A DNA stretch of 64,000 nt from Nostoc sp. DedSLP01. Its GTDB lineage: Bacteria > Cyanobacteriota > Cyanobacteriia > Cyanobacteriales > Nostocaceae. Shown in pieces: positions 50,324 through 60,978 of the stretch. Below the pieces are notes generated by a model that was not told the DNA's origin, searched no databases, and saw only the letters and a program-made list of their open reading frames with translations. The number at the start of each line of letters is the position of its first letter. Within the stretch, counting starts at the first letter, position 1. The stretch lies in contig JAVRCJ020000030.1 of NCBI GenBank assembly GCA_034530875.2, positions 1 to 64,000 on the forward strand. Direction: 5' to 3'. A program made the position numbers and the translations under genes.

Positions 50324-51358
50324 CTAAACTTGTAATTTTTTAGATTTAATATTATTGTAAATACTGAAAATTTCTAAAATTCTATGGCTAATTTTATTTT
50401 TTAATGTTTTTTGATAACCAGCTTTATTAATAGCTTCAACTACATCAGAATTGTTTAAAAGATATTCAAACTTTCGTCTTAATTCATCAGGATCGGAAAA
50501 ATAAACTGCTTCTTTATCTTCTACAAATAAATTTAGTAATTCCTCACTTCTTTCACTAAGCATCAATCTGCCTGTTGCAGGAATTTCGTAAGTTCTAATG
50601 TTATGTCCATCTTCATTTTGAGGACGGAGAATATTAAGACCCATTTTAGCAGAGCCTAAAACTTGAGGAATTTCTTGGTAACTGCACATTCCTTGACACA
50701 GACCTTTTAAAGAGGCTTCTTGGCAATGAGTATTCCAGTAATTTGAACCCCAAAGTCCTAATCGATAATCAGCGATCGCTTTTAAATATCGCTCTCGTTT
50801 ACGGCTAGCATCCCAGTTACCGATAAATGCCAAATCGTATATTGGATTAGTTTGTCGTTGAGGAAAATGATATTCAACATCGCTACAAAAGGGATGAAAA
50901 AAAGCTTGTTTAACACCATTTTTATTTAAACGCTCAACAAGTTGCTGACTCCAAATAAAAGCTGCATCCCATAAGGGAAATCCACGTTTTATCCAGGAAT
51001 TAGTGTGGGTATGATGAGCATCTACAGGGTTATCTGTATAAAATACAAAGGCTAAACCATTTTGCTGTAAAGCCAAAATACTATCAGGGTGAATTAGCCG
51101 AGGTGAAATGACTAAAGTTAAATCAGGTTGAAACTGATTTGCCTGTTCTACTAATTTAGAATTCGCTGACTTTGCTAGTAGTTGCCATGCTAATCGCCAA
51201 GCAACTCTATCCCACAAGCTACCCAAAGATAAATTAGATGTTACTTCTTTCCAGCTGAAATGTTGTACCTTACATCCGAAGGCAGAAAACCCTCGTCCGT
51301 ACAGTTCCTCGGTACGCCCTATTTCTAATTCTTCTCCTACAATTAATACTTTTTTCAT
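50324..51358 (-). CDS. CgeB-like glycosyltransferase
   Basis: AFIGNW, LNILR, NIRTYEIPA, LFVEDKEAV. Confidence 0.82.
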   Translation of the reverse strand: MKKVLIVGEELEIGRTEELYGRGFSAFGCKVQHFSWKEVTSNLSLGSLWDRVAWRLAWQLLAKSANSKLVEQANQFQPDLTLVISPRLIHPDSILALQQNGLAFVFYTDNPVDAHHTHTNSWIKRGFPLWDAAFIWSQQLVERLNKNGVKQAFFHPFCSDVEYHFPQRQTNPIYDLAFIGNWDASRKRERYLKAIADYRLGLWGSNYWNTHCQEASLKGLCQGMCSYQEIPQVLGSAKMGLNILRPQNEDGHNIRTYEIPATGRLMLSERSEELLNLFVEDKEAVYFSDPDELRRKFEYLLNNSDVVEAINKAGYQKTLKNKISHRILEIFSIYNNIKSKKLQV

Positions 51359-51427
51359 TTCAGGTATTTTTACTTACAAAGTAAATCTAAATAAGTTGCC
51401 AACAATCAATAAATATGTTTGCTACTC

Positions 51428-52345
51428 TCATTTTTTAAAATATCCTACTATCCATTCTCCTCTTTGAAAGCGATTGCCTAAATTATTTATAATAATTGGT
51501 AAATAGTATTTGAAAAATGGCTTAACAGAAATATTCTGCCATTTTTTTCTAGTTAAAAGTCCATCGTAAAACATGGGGTAATAAGTTCTATCTCCCATGC
51601 TCGTAGTAAATACATTGATTGATTCAAATAGCATCAAGCTAGTCAAATTTATTAGAGATTTTGGAGAAAAGCCGAGAACGTGCATGTCAGGGTAAACAGC
51701 ACAAGTTAATCTTGGTTTCTCCGACCTCAGCCGCCGAAATATATTCACCACCATAGAACATAGTGGTTCGCAATTCGGCACAATAATCATCAAAATGCCG
51801 CCTGGCTTGAGAATGCGATGTAATTTTGCCAAAAATTCTTGTGGTTCTGGTACGTGTTCTAGAACATGAGATATCCGAATAACATCAAATGTATTTTCGG
51901 AGAATTCATCTAAGTTAGACGTATATTTAATATTAAAATTATTTTTAGCAAAATAAGTACCATGTTCGCTTTCTTCAGCACCGAATACCTGCCAATTTTT
52001 ATTTTTAGCTATTGCTAGAAATATCCCTATACCGCAACCAATATCAATAATTTTTTTTCCTGGAGCTAACTTTTCTAAAACAGTAAGCTGTCTTGAATAA
52101 GCTTCTTCCATGTCACTAATAAAACTATCAACCCAACTCTGAGGGCAATCCTTAAGGTCTTCATACCAATCGTTATCATTAGCAGAATTAGGACGGATAG
52201 ATTTTTTCAAAAAAGATAAATCGCAAGAATGGCAATGAATGACTTCTGCTGACAATGATGTTCCAATTACTAAGCCTTGGTTTCCACATGAAGGACATTG
52301 ATATTCGCGATTAGCTGCAAATTGAGTTAGTTTCTGTTCCAGCAT
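51428..52345 (-). CDS. Class I SAM-dependent methyltransferase
   Basis: CxxC...CxxC; IDIGCGIG; HVLEHVPEP; LKPGG. Confidence 0.9.
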   Translation of the reverse strand: MLEQKLTQFAANREYQCPSCGNQGLVIGTSLSAEVIHCHSCDLSFLKKSIRPNSANDNDWYEDLKDCPQSWVDSFISDMEEAYSRQLTVLEKLAPGKKIIDIGCGIGIFLAIAKNKNWQVFGAEESEHGTYFAKNNFNIKYTSNLDEFSENTFDVIRISHVLEHVPEPQEFLAKLHRILKPGGILMIIVPNCEPLCSMVVNIFRRLRSEKPRLTCAVYPDMHVLGFSPKSLINLTSLMLFESINVFTTSMGDRTYYPMFYDGLLTRKKWQNISVKPFFKYYLPIIINNLGNRFQRGEWIVGYFKK

Positions 52346-52441
52346 AAGTATCTTTCTTATTGTTATGTAATTTTTTTTAAATCAAATTAATGCTTTAGGT
52401 TCGCTAATTTATAACCACACATTTAATAAATAGATTAATAA

Positions 52442-53626
52442 TTATGTTGATACCAGGGAATTTAAAGCTTGTTTGAGTCCTTGTATATCTTCTTGATAGC
52501 TCCACTTCTGAATTATTTGGAGGCTGCAATCTCCAGCCAAATTATAGTTAGCGATCGCCCAGCGAATTGACTCTGCTAAAGCCGCAATATCCCCTACAGG
52601 ATAAATCCGTCCATTTTGTTTTTCTTTCACTAAATTCAATGCACAGCCTACCCGATCGCTCACAACTACTGCTTTACCTGCATTCATGACTTCATTGATT
52701 GCTAATCCCCAAGGCTCGAAACCAGATGGTAAAACAAATACGTCGCACAAATCGTACATAACAGGCATTTGAGATTGATTCTGAAAACCTAAAAAGCGAA
52801 TTGACTGCCAACCTGTTTCTTGGGCTTGAGATTCCAGAGTTGGGCGTAATACTCCATCTCCCACAAACAAAAGGTAAGGCTCTGGCTCTTGCACGCCATC
52901 GGATGAAAGCAATCGATAAGCCGCTAACAAATCATAGGGACGCTTAACATCAATGAGTTTGGCAGCATAAAGAATAATCGGTCTATGTGGATCTAAATTG
53001 AGCGATCGCCGTAGTTCTTCGCGCTTAGCGCTAGCTAGTATCGCCCGCTTCTGGAAATAGTCATTATCAACGGCATACGGCATAGAAAACAGGCGATCGT
53101 CCTCAATCCCATAACTCTTGTAAAACTGATAGTTGGAAGTTCCTATGTACAAAAACCCAGCAATTTTCTCAAACAGCCATTTCAAAAAAACTCTTTTTAA
53201 TTTTTCTTTAATGAGATTGCTCGGTTTGCTTAAGTTATTAGCTTCTCCTCTGAGCAACACAGGAATCTCCAAGTGATTTGCTGCTAATACTGCTTGGATA
53301 CCACAAAACCAAGACCATCCATGCACCCAAACCGCATCAAATTGACCTTGTTTTAACTGTTGAAAAATATCTTTAGCAAGAGATTGTTGTAAACCACTTT
53401 GCTGTTTATTACTCCGCCAACAGTCTAAAAAGTGATAATCATAGCCCTCTGTTAGAGGCACATCCCACTCAATTAATCGTCCAAAACCTTCATCTTGATA
53501 TGCTTTTAAAGAAAAATCACTGTAGAAAAAAACTTTGAGATCGATTTCAAAGTCAGCTGCGATCGCTCGCAACAAAGGAGCCTGATACTGAATTGGATGA
53601 GAAACAAAGTAAGCTAAATGCAGCAT
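52442..53626 (-). CDS. Glycosyltransferase family 4
   Basis: SHPIQY, YAVDN, EPWGLAINE. Confidence 0.9.
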   Translation of the reverse strand: MLHLAYFVSHPIQYQAPLLRAIAADFEIDLKVFFYSDFSLKAYQDEGFGRLIEWDVPLTEGYDYHFLDCWRSNKQQSGLQQSLAKDIFQQLKQGQFDAVWVHGWSWFCGIQAVLAANHLEIPVLLRGEANNLSKPSNLIKEKLKRVFLKWLFEKIAGFLYIGTSNYQFYKSYGIEDDRLFSMPYAVDNDYFQKRAILASAKREELRRSLNLDPHRPIILYAAKLIDVKRPYDLLAAYRLLSSDGVQEPEPYLLFVGDGVLRPTLESQAQETGWQSIRFLGFQNQSQMPVMYDLCDVFVLPSGFEPWGLAINEVMNAGKAVVVSDRVGCALNLVKEKQNGRIYPVGDIAALAESIRWAIANYNLAGDCSLQIIQKWSYQEDIQGLKQALNSLVST

Positions 53627-53667
53627 TAGCAAGCAAGGTTGTGAAGGTATATAGTATTTATTTAGTA

Positions 53668-54444
53668 TTAATGATTGCTGTGAGATGGTTTAACTACTTG
53701 TACATACAGTGAAAAAGGCACGCTTGGATTCAAATAATCCAATCGTTGTAAAGGTAAAGCGAGAAGAAATAAGGGTATTGCTGGTATCTCTCCCAATTTG
53801 CATCTGACAGCCACCATTGCCTTGTCTAAGGCTACTAATAATGGAGAACCTAATCCTACACTTTTGACAATTTGAAAACCTACTGGTTGTAAAAGCTTTT
53901 TATAGCTTTCCAGTGTGTAGCCATCTCGAACGTGGCCTCCATCTTCTGGATCGTCTATACGTCCTAAATTATGGTCTGGGTGTAGTGAAAACGGACAGCA
54001 CAAATGTAGAACACCTCCGGGTTTGAGGATATCATAAAAATATTTCACGATCGCATCATCCTTCTGGATATGCTCTAGAGTTTCACTACAAATAATTTGA
54101 TCGAACTTACGATTTAGTTGAGATAGATCGTAAAGGTTACAAACTTGGAACTGTAACCGTTCTGGATCGGTATTCAGTGCAGAGAAAAAAGTACGAGCTT
54201 TTTCTACTTGTGTGCGATCGTAAGTTACACCTAATACGCGATTACCCAGATTGTAAGCAGCATAAGAGAGCGCACCATTACCAAATCCAGCATCTAGTGT
54301 CTCAATTTCTCCAGAGCGAAAGAATTTTGGTAAAAAGTGGCTACGACATCTTGTGTGTAAATCAATTCCAGGAAACAACAATCTCTTGCCTAATAATTTT
54401 ATTTGAGAGATTGGAGATTGTTCTGCAACTATAGATTGTTCCAT
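53668..54444 (-). CDS. Class I SAM-dependent methyltransferase
   Basis: LDAGFGNG, ETLEHI, LKPGG, GHVRDGY. Confidence 0.88.
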   Translation of the reverse strand: MEQSIVAEQSPISQIKLLGKRLLFPGIDLHTRCRSHFLPKFFRSGEIETLDAGFGNGALSYAAYNLGNRVLGVTYDRTQVEKARTFFSALNTDPERLQFQVCNLYDLSQLNRKFDQIICSETLEHIQKDDAIVKYFYDILKPGGVLHLCCPFSLHPDHNLGRIDDPEDGGHVRDGYTLESYKKLLQPVGFQIVKSVGLGSPLLVALDKAMVAVRCKLGEIPAIPLFLLALPLQRLDYLNPSVPFSLYVQVVKPSHSNH

Positions 54445-54557
54445 GCTCGAAATTTATCCCTTTTTTACACTTGAAGACATTTGTTAAATAGCTTTGTGCG
54501 TTTACTTTTTTCATTTAGAAGATATGGTGTTGGATAATACTTAATATCTCAAAACCA

Positions 54558-55535
54558 TCAACCCAGAAAAGTTGTTGCCAGCCGAGGAAGTCCGCGACTG
54601 TAGAATAAACTAGCCCAATAGCCACCTCCACAGTAGTGTCCAGCTACCAGGCCGGGTTCATCTGTACTTGGGCAAATTGCATAGGTATCTGGTAAGGCAA
54701 CGGTATTTGATTTGCTTAATTCCATAGCCCATAGAGTTAGTTCAGCATAATAATTACCTGTACCATCTGCATTCCAAAAATGAGGATGTTGCAGATATCG
54801 CTCTATCCTCTCAAAATCTAGAGTATCTTTACGAGAACGAACCACGCCAGGATTAAATTTTTCGATACAATCTTTTCCTAATAAATTTGCTAATTCTGTT
54901 GATTGCAAGCAATATCTATAACCATTATCAGGAGAATATAAATTAGTTACCTCAGAAGGATATGCAGTAGCTTTCATTCCTGCAATCAGTTCTTTAGGGT
55001 GAGAAAAAAATAAGACGTCAGAATCTAGCAATATAAAAAAGTTATTTTTTGAGAAAAAAAACGGATCGAATAATTTCAGCGCAAAAATCAGTTGCTGACG
55101 GAATTGGGCACATTTGATTAGTCCTCTACTAGTAAAATAACTAATCACTACTGAGTCTGCTGTCTCCCTGTCTATAATCTGACATTGAGGAAAAACTTTA
55201 TTTAATATCTCTAAATCTAAATTAGTTAAAGACCCATCATTATGGACTACTATTCGGCATGGTTGAGCGCAAAAATAAGCAAAAGAATATAATGACCACA
55301 AACCTTCATAAATGCGTTTATGATGCAGAAGCATGTGTACTTCGATCGCACCTTCTCCTGCGGAAATAGGCTTGGCGTTTAAGATATTAGTTAGGTAGTA
55401 ACGTTTAGCTAGATTCATCTTAATCGCTCCTGGAATAGTGAGCGCCCTAAGTTGATGAATCTTGAGAAGTGCTTTACCAAGTTTGAGCTTGCGAACGTTT
55501 GTTTGCAGCAATTTTATTAATTGATTTTCACTCAT
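54558..55535 (-). CDS. Putative GT-A fold glycosyltransferase
   Basis: HNDGSL, KLFD, LLDSDVLFF (DxD), FNPG. Confidence 0.65.
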   Translation of the reverse strand: MSENQLIKLLQTNVRKLKLGKALLKIHQLRALTIPGAIKMNLAKRYYLTNILNAKPISAGEGAIEVHMLLHHKRIYEGLWSLYSFAYFCAQPCRIVVHNDGSLTNLDLEILNKVFPQCQIIDRETADSVVISYFTSRGLIKCAQFRQQLIFALKLFDPFFFSKNNFFILLDSDVLFFSHPKELIAGMKATAYPSEVTNLYSPDNGYRYCLQSTELANLLGKDCIEKFNPGVVRSRKDTLDFERIERYLQHPHFWNADGTGNYYAELTLWAMELSKSNTVALPDTYAICPSTDEPGLVAGHYCGGGYWASLFYSRGLPRLATTFLG

Positions 55536-56869
55536 AAAGACACTATTTTATTTTTAGTATTTAAACTTGAATAAATCCTTTGCATTTCTTGTGCAACGGT
55601 AGCCATTGTTTGAGGTTGTCGAATACCAGATCTCAGATGCATCAATAGATCTCTGTTGTGGCATAGTCGCTCTAGGGCTTGACTCCAAGCTACAACAGAA
55701 GCAGGTTCTACTAAAATGCCATTAACTCCGGACTCAACAAGTTCGGCAATACCGCCTAAATCAGAACCGATTATCGGTACTTTAGCTGCAAACGCTTCCA
55801 ATACTACCAAAGGCCCAGTTTCCAACAACTGAGACGGAACAGCCAATAAGTCATAGTTGGCTAAGGTTGCTGTCACTTGTGCTGACGAAACTGGAGCTTT
55901 GAAGTTAATTCGGGAGTCTTTTTGTGCCAAACTATGTAATTTCTGTTGGTAGGGATCGTTTGCGCCACGAGAAATGCCATAAATGTCTAAGCAAATTGGT
56001 AACTGAGGCACTGCTTGCAACGCTTCGATCAAAATGTGAATTCCTTTTGTCGGATCGAGCCGACCCAAGAAAGCAATTTTTAAGATTGATGCACTATGCT
56101 TTTGACTGTGGTTGGTTTTTTCTGGTAAGTTTTGACAAAGAGCTTGGCGAATAACGGTTATTTTGTGAGACGGGACATGGTTGACTAGCAAAACATCCCT
56201 GACCCAGTTACATACCGCTACAATACGATCGACCTCGGACAGTAGAGCCTCCAGAACAGTATGGTGCAGGCTAACTAACTCTGTCATTCGCAAGGCTGTA
56301 CATACTCTCCCCTGTAAATTCAAGTTGCCTAGCCAACGTCCTACCTGAGGCGGTACACTAGCGATCGCCTTAGCACTACTTCGATCCAGCCCCAAACCCT
56401 GTAACGTACACTGGGTGCAAGTATGCAAATCTATTTTTCCATCACATATCTGAGTACCCCATCGCATCATAGTTCCCCGTTGACAGCTCGCTGTGGGAGT
56501 ATGGTAGGTAAACACAACGGGTATTTGCAGCTTTTTAGCAGCTTGCACTAACCGCAGGGAAACGCCACTTGTAAAAGCGTGGAGATGCACGACATCAGGC
56601 TGTTCTGCTTCTAAAATGCGGCTGAACTCCAAAGCAGCTTGGCGATCGCCTTGTCCATAAATTTCACGCAGATTTTCGATTCTTGGTGATAATGCAAAGC
56701 GGCGTACTCTTAGCTGGTTATGTAGGTAGAATTGATTCACTTGCCCAGGAGCAGCCACCAGAATCTCAATTCCTTGTTGCTGCAAGTGCTGGGATAAAGC
56801 TTCTACATAGACTTCAGTACCGCCTACAGAGTCAGGGTAGAAACAGAATGGAACTTGAATAACTCGCAT
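55532..56869 (-). CDS. Glycosyltransferase family 4 with Cys-rich insert
   Basis: GGTE, PDVVHLH, C..C..CxxC, LGRL..KG, ETGPLVVLEA. RBS GAGGA before ATG 56869. Confidence 0.9.
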   Translation of the reverse strand: MRVIQVPFCFYPDSVGGTEVYVEALSQHLQQQGIEILVAAPGQVNQFYLHNQLRVRRFALSPRIENLREIYGQGDRQAALEFSRILEAEQPDVVHLHAFTSGVSLRLVQAAKKLQIPVVFTYHTPTASCQRGTMMRWGTQICDGKIDLHTCTQCTLQGLGLDRSSAKAIASVPPQVGRWLGNLNLQGRVCTALRMTELVSLHHTVLEALLSEVDRIVAVCNWVRDVLLVNHVPSHKITVIRQALCQNLPEKTNHSQKHSASILKIAFLGRLDPTKGIHILIEALQAVPQLPICLDIYGISRGANDPYQQKLHSLAQKDSRINFKAPVSSAQVTATLANYDLLAVPSQLLETGPLVVLEAFAAKVPIIGSDLGGIAELVESGVNGILVEPASVVAWSQALERLCHNRDLLMHLRSGIRQPQTMATVAQEMQRIYSSLNTKNKIVSL

Positions 56870-56983
56870 AATCAATCCTCTAGTGGCAAAATAATGTTAT
56901 TTCTAAATTGACTTGCCACAAATTTCTCATGCTTCACGAACAGATAAGGCGTAATTTTTTAACTGCTGGAATCATTTTTCTTA

Positions 56984-58063
56984 TCAAATATGATTACTAT
57001 ATTCGATCCTAGACTGTCGAAATTTATCTATAGGTTCTTCTATATACAACACAAGAAGACTAGAAAATATCGTAGTTAGTATTACAGCTATCAAGCCATT
57101 ATTCGTCTTGATAACCAATGTCTGTATTTGTATTAATAGCATGTGCGATACATACATCGGGTAAGATAAATTACCGATAAATCTATCTATTTTATTTTGA
57201 CTAGTCAGCAAAAATAATGGTTTCAACAGAATCGCAAAAACTAGATAAATTAAAGGAATATAGATAAAACTTAAACTAGATTCTCCAATGAAAGGAAATG
57301 CAATTACTAAAAAGTTAAATAATATCCAACAACTGATAATTGCTATTTTGCCAAGATGAATACTTGGGAAAAATTTTTCCTTATATATCAATATACCCAA
57401 ACAGAAAAAGCATAACTGAGGCAGAAAGAAAAAGTAATTCCAATTACTCCCAATAGAAAATAAAAATATTTTTAATATGGCAGTTAAAAAAATAATTATT
57501 AAAAGCTTGCTAGTGCTAATTCTAAACAACAGTGGAGCTAAAAAATAAAACCATATTTCTACACCAATAGACCATGCTTGACCAATTACTCGAAGATTAC
57601 CACCCCAAATTAACCCAGAATCAGTTTTTCCTGTATCCATGCTATTTAAAATAGCTATAGAACCATCGGTGTCAATGTAAAAGATAGATAGTAAATCTAT
57701 TCCAAATAGTGAGGTGTTAGAAAATAAGGTAAATAGCTTTAGTAAAATTGGCATATTACTAAAGGGTTCTCCCCAACTTGTTGCAGGCATTTTGCCAAGA
57801 TAAAGCCATACCATAGCAAATAGCACCCAGGAAGCAGCCAAAACTATTAAGTAAGTTGGAAGCAGCCTCAAAAAGCGATTGCTAATGAATGTTGTAAACT
57901 GATGATGCGTATATTTTTTGTCAAGAATCAGACTCATGTAAAAGCCAGAAATTATAAAGAAGAGTTGAACAGCATGATTTCCTGGTAGTAAAGTAGTGCC
58001 AAAAATTGATGTCGAATGAGACACAATCACACTTAATGCAAGTAAAAAACGTATAAATCCCAC
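56984..58063 (-). CDS. Acyltransferase-3 family O-acyltransferase
   Basis: RFLLA, FFIISGF, RFLRLLP, WSIGVEIWFY, LSYPMY, IEEP. Very AT-rich. Confidence 0.9.
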   Translation of the reverse strand: MGFIRFLLALSVIVSHSTSIFGTTLLPGNHAVQLFFIISGFYMSLILDKKYTHHQFTTFISNRFLRLLPTYLIVLAASWVLFAMVWLYLGKMPATSWGEPFSNMPILLKLFTLFSNTSLFGIDLLSIFYIDTDGSIAILNSMDTGKTDSGLIWGGNLRVIGQAWSIGVEIWFYFLAPLLFRISTSKLLIIIFLTAILKIFLFSIGSNWNYFFFLPQLCFFCLGILIYKEKFFPSIHLGKIAIISCWILFNFLVIAFPFIGESSLSFIYIPLIYLVFAILLKPLFLLTSQNKIDRFIGNLSYPMYVSHMLLIQIQTLVIKTNNGLIAVILTTIFSSLLVLYIEEPIDKFRQSRIEYSNHI

Positions 58064-58107
58064 GATATTCCAATCTAATTTTATGTATTTAACCTGACTT
58101 GAATAAG

Positions 58108-59121
58108 TTAAAAAATAGCGGTAGGTCGGCTAATAGCCAAAATTGAGGAAAATACAAACATTAATTTATTTAAAAACTTCTTAACTCGACGGTAAGCTAA
58201 AGCCATCGCTTCAGCCTGTTCGTATCCAAACCATTTTGAAAGCTGTCGCAAAGCTCTAGGACGAGAAGGAAGGTAATTTGGATTTAGGTTATAAATTATA
58301 GCTAGTACTTCATAAAACTTTGAGCGATCGTGTTCAAAGTAGAACCGGGCTAAGTGTTCGTAAGCTTCCAGAAGGAATTTTTGTCGCTGCGTAAATATTG
58401 TATCTGTTTGTTCTTGCCAAGCTGCTTCTACGAGTCTGACATTAGTTAAACAACCTGCATAAAATTCTAGAGAATTCCGAGTTCCTAAAGAGGAGAAAGT
58501 CTGATATTTGCGATACAAAAGACAAATTTTTTCAGACTTATCTTTAACAAATTGAGCGCCACTTAAACCTAATCTTAGATATAGATTGACATCTTCGATA
58601 CAATGCATATCTACTCTAAACCCACCAACTTTTAGAATTGCTTGGCGACGAAACAGTATCGCACCAATTTGGCAGAAATTGTCAGCACCCAACAAACGGA
58701 CTATCAGATCGCCAGAGTAATCAGGAATTGTTACATCCTGTGGTACAAAAATTCCTTTCTCCATTTCCTGATAAGCTTGCCACGAGCCGTACACAACATC
58801 TGCTTGATAACTAATTCCTATTTGTAGATGTCGTGAGAGTTTCCCAGGCATGAGGATATCATCAGCATCTAAAAACTGTATCCATTCACCACGAGCGCAA
58901 GATAAGCCAGTATTCCGAGCTGCACTCACCCCTCTATCTAAACTTGAAATCACTCTTATGGGCAAAGTAGAAGAGTACAAATTTGCTACTTTGACACTCT
59001 CATCTGTAGAGGCATCATCGACTAAAATAACCTCAGTAATATTTTCCTGTTGCTGAAGGCTAGTTAAAGTTTCAGGAAGCCACTGAGCAGAATTATGACA
59101 GGGTATGATAACTGAAATCAT
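58108..59121 (-). CDS. Glycosyltransferase family 2
   Basis: SVIIPCHN, VDDASTD, AARNTG, FLDADD, ED. Confidence 0.92.
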   Translation of the reverse strand: MISVIIPCHNSAQWLPETLTSLQQQENITEVILVDDASTDESVKVANLYSSTLPIRVISSLDRGVSAARNTGLSCARGEWIQFLDADDILMPGKLSRHLQIGISYQADVVYGSWQAYQEMEKGIFVPQDVTIPDYSGDLIVRLLGADNFCQIGAILFRRQAILKVGGFRVDMHCIEDVNLYLRLGLSGAQFVKDKSEKICLLYRKYQTFSSLGTRNSLEFYAGCLTNVRLVEAAWQEQTDTIFTQRQKFLLEAYEHLARFYFEHDRSKFYEVLAIIYNLNPNYLPSRPRALRQLSKWFGYEQAEAMALAYRRVKKFLNKLMFVFSSILAISRPTAIF

Positions 59122-59196
59122 AGGTTGGTTCGTAAGCCCTGTTTGTCGATAATTTATTGTAGATATTTCGCTATGTCACTTATTACAAATTTATTC

Positions 59197-60864
59197 TTAA
59201 AGCTTTATTGAGGGCAGCTTCATAAACAATTGAGATAAGCGCCAGTGAAGCCATTGGGGTAGCAGAAGGTTTAACCGACCCATCCGACCAAAGCCGCGCA
59301 TTTTAAGCAGTTTGAACCACAGCCGTAAACGTTCATCAAATGGCATAAACCCTACATTGTTCTGGATTGTTTCGTCAATATTGATATGTTCTTTATTCGG
59401 TAGCTGATAAAATGCGCGTTGCAAGAAAATATCAGGTTCGCCAAGAAAAATTCGATCGCTTGTTACGGTTCTCAAGTCTATCCTGGGGACAGTGTTGACC
59501 CTGACGTATAGATCCTCTAAAAAACACTGCCAATTACTTGTTGTATGTATATTGACAATCTGTTTTTTGGTTCTCTCTCCAAGGCACAACCTGAATTCCT
59601 CATTTTCTACTAAGTGTGACAGTACTGCTATGTACTCCTCAATGTCCCGCACGCGAATGAGATTGCCAGTCAAACCAGGCATATCAGCACCAAGGATTTG
59701 GCACTCATCGGAGTATGGGTAACGACTAACCAAAGGCACTCCGTAGCTTCCTGCTTCTAGTAAGGATGTAATTGACACAAAGGGGAACGAGTCCACGTAT
59801 ATGTCAGCAGCCTGATAAAAAACAGCAGTGTCTTCACGCTCAGCAAATACTTTTATTCTTCCTTGAGTTTGCTGGATGGCTGCCGACCAATCTTCTTTCT
59901 CGCCGGGACCAACAACAATTAAAATACCTTGCTCGTACTGTTTGAGTAAAGGAACGTGTGCATCAGCAAAATTAGTACCATCAATTGTTTTGTACTTCAC
60001 TGCTCTGGCAATAGAGAGTAGCAGGATGCTCTTTTCGGGAAGGCCGAGCTGTCGTTTCGCTTCTGCTTGGGAAAGCACTCTTTGAATAGGTTCGACAATA
60101 GTAGGAAGGAGAGTGTTACGCTCTGCTTCGATACCTCTACGTTCTCGCGATAACTTCATACCAGACTTACGAAGATTAGCGACGATATCGGCAATCCCAA
60201 CTCCCAGCCAAAAGCGTTCGTCGGCATGATTTACAAAAATAACTGGTGGAGATTTCTGTTTATCTGCAAATGCGATGATTGGAATGATGTCATCAATTGT
60301 ATGCAAAACCACGACATCTGCTGATGCAGCAATTTCACGCAGTCGTTTCGCTTTTGCGATATAGCTACCGATTGTTTTGTTCAGTGTGTATATCTTGCCA
60401 TGACTATTAAATACAGAGTCTTTGAGCGATTTAGGCACAGAAGCAATAGATTGCTGGGTCAACACAACTGAATGGACTCGCTGATTATCTTGCTGAATCC
60501 AGCGCCAAATTAGTCTCGAATGCCCACCTATGCTCCATACACCGAAAACAACATGCAGTATATTTTTTGGTGTTCCATTCAGAGAGTTATTTTTGCAGCG
60601 ATCGCCCTTACTTTTTATCGCCTTTGTTCCAATTGTAAGCAGAATCTGTTCGAGTTCCGGGCTAGAAAACAAACCACAATGTTTAATGTAAGTTGCATGA
60701 TAACTGGCTATACTTGCGTAAACAGCGGCCATATTATACTTCCCAATCTCAGTGAAATGTCTCGCCTGAGAAACCAGGTTATGAAAAACCTCAAAGTTTT
60801 CTTGAATGAGGTGGGCGTCTTCTTCTTGCCAATGGGTGAGTGTATCGTGAGTTATTTTCTCCAT
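59197..60864 (-). CDS. GT-B fold glycosyltransferase-like protein
   Basis: GGHSR, NHADERFW, ADIYVDSFP, SLLEAGSYGVP. Confidence 0.78.
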   Translation of the reverse strand: MEKITHDTLTHWQEEDAHLIQENFEVFHNLVSQARHFTEIGKYNMAAVYASIASYHATYIKHCGLFSSPELEQILLTIGTKAIKSKGDRCKNNSLNGTPKNILHVVFGVWSIGGHSRLIWRWIQQDNQRVHSVVLTQQSIASVPKSLKDSVFNSHGKIYTLNKTIGSYIAKAKRLREIAASADVVVLHTIDDIIPIIAFADKQKSPPVIFVNHADERFWLGVGIADIVANLRKSGMKLSRERRGIEAERNTLLPTIVEPIQRVLSQAEAKRQLGLPEKSILLLSIARAVKYKTIDGTNFADAHVPLLKQYEQGILIVVGPGEKEDWSAAIQQTQGRIKVFAEREDTAVFYQAADIYVDSFPFVSITSLLEAGSYGVPLVSRYPYSDECQILGADMPGLTGNLIRVRDIEEYIAVLSHLVENEEFRLCLGERTKKQIVNIHTTSNWQCFLEDLYVRVNTVPRIDLRTVTSDRIFLGEPDIFLQRAFYQLPNKEHINIDETIQNNVGFMPFDERLRLWFKLLKMRGFGRMGRLNLLLPQWLHWRLSQLFMKLPSIKL

Positions 60865-60940
60865 ACAAGTCCTTGATTAAAATTTGCGCCGCTTTCTTGT
60901 CTGAGCATTTTATCTTTTCAAGGAGAAAAAGTAATGTGCA

Positions 60941-60978
60941 AAGCGATCGCATGATGGTTATGATTCATGCGATCGCTT
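60941..60978. other. Perfect hairpin built from two HIP1 sites
   Basis: AAGCGATCGCATGA-N10-TCATGCGATCGCTT. Confidence 0.8.
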
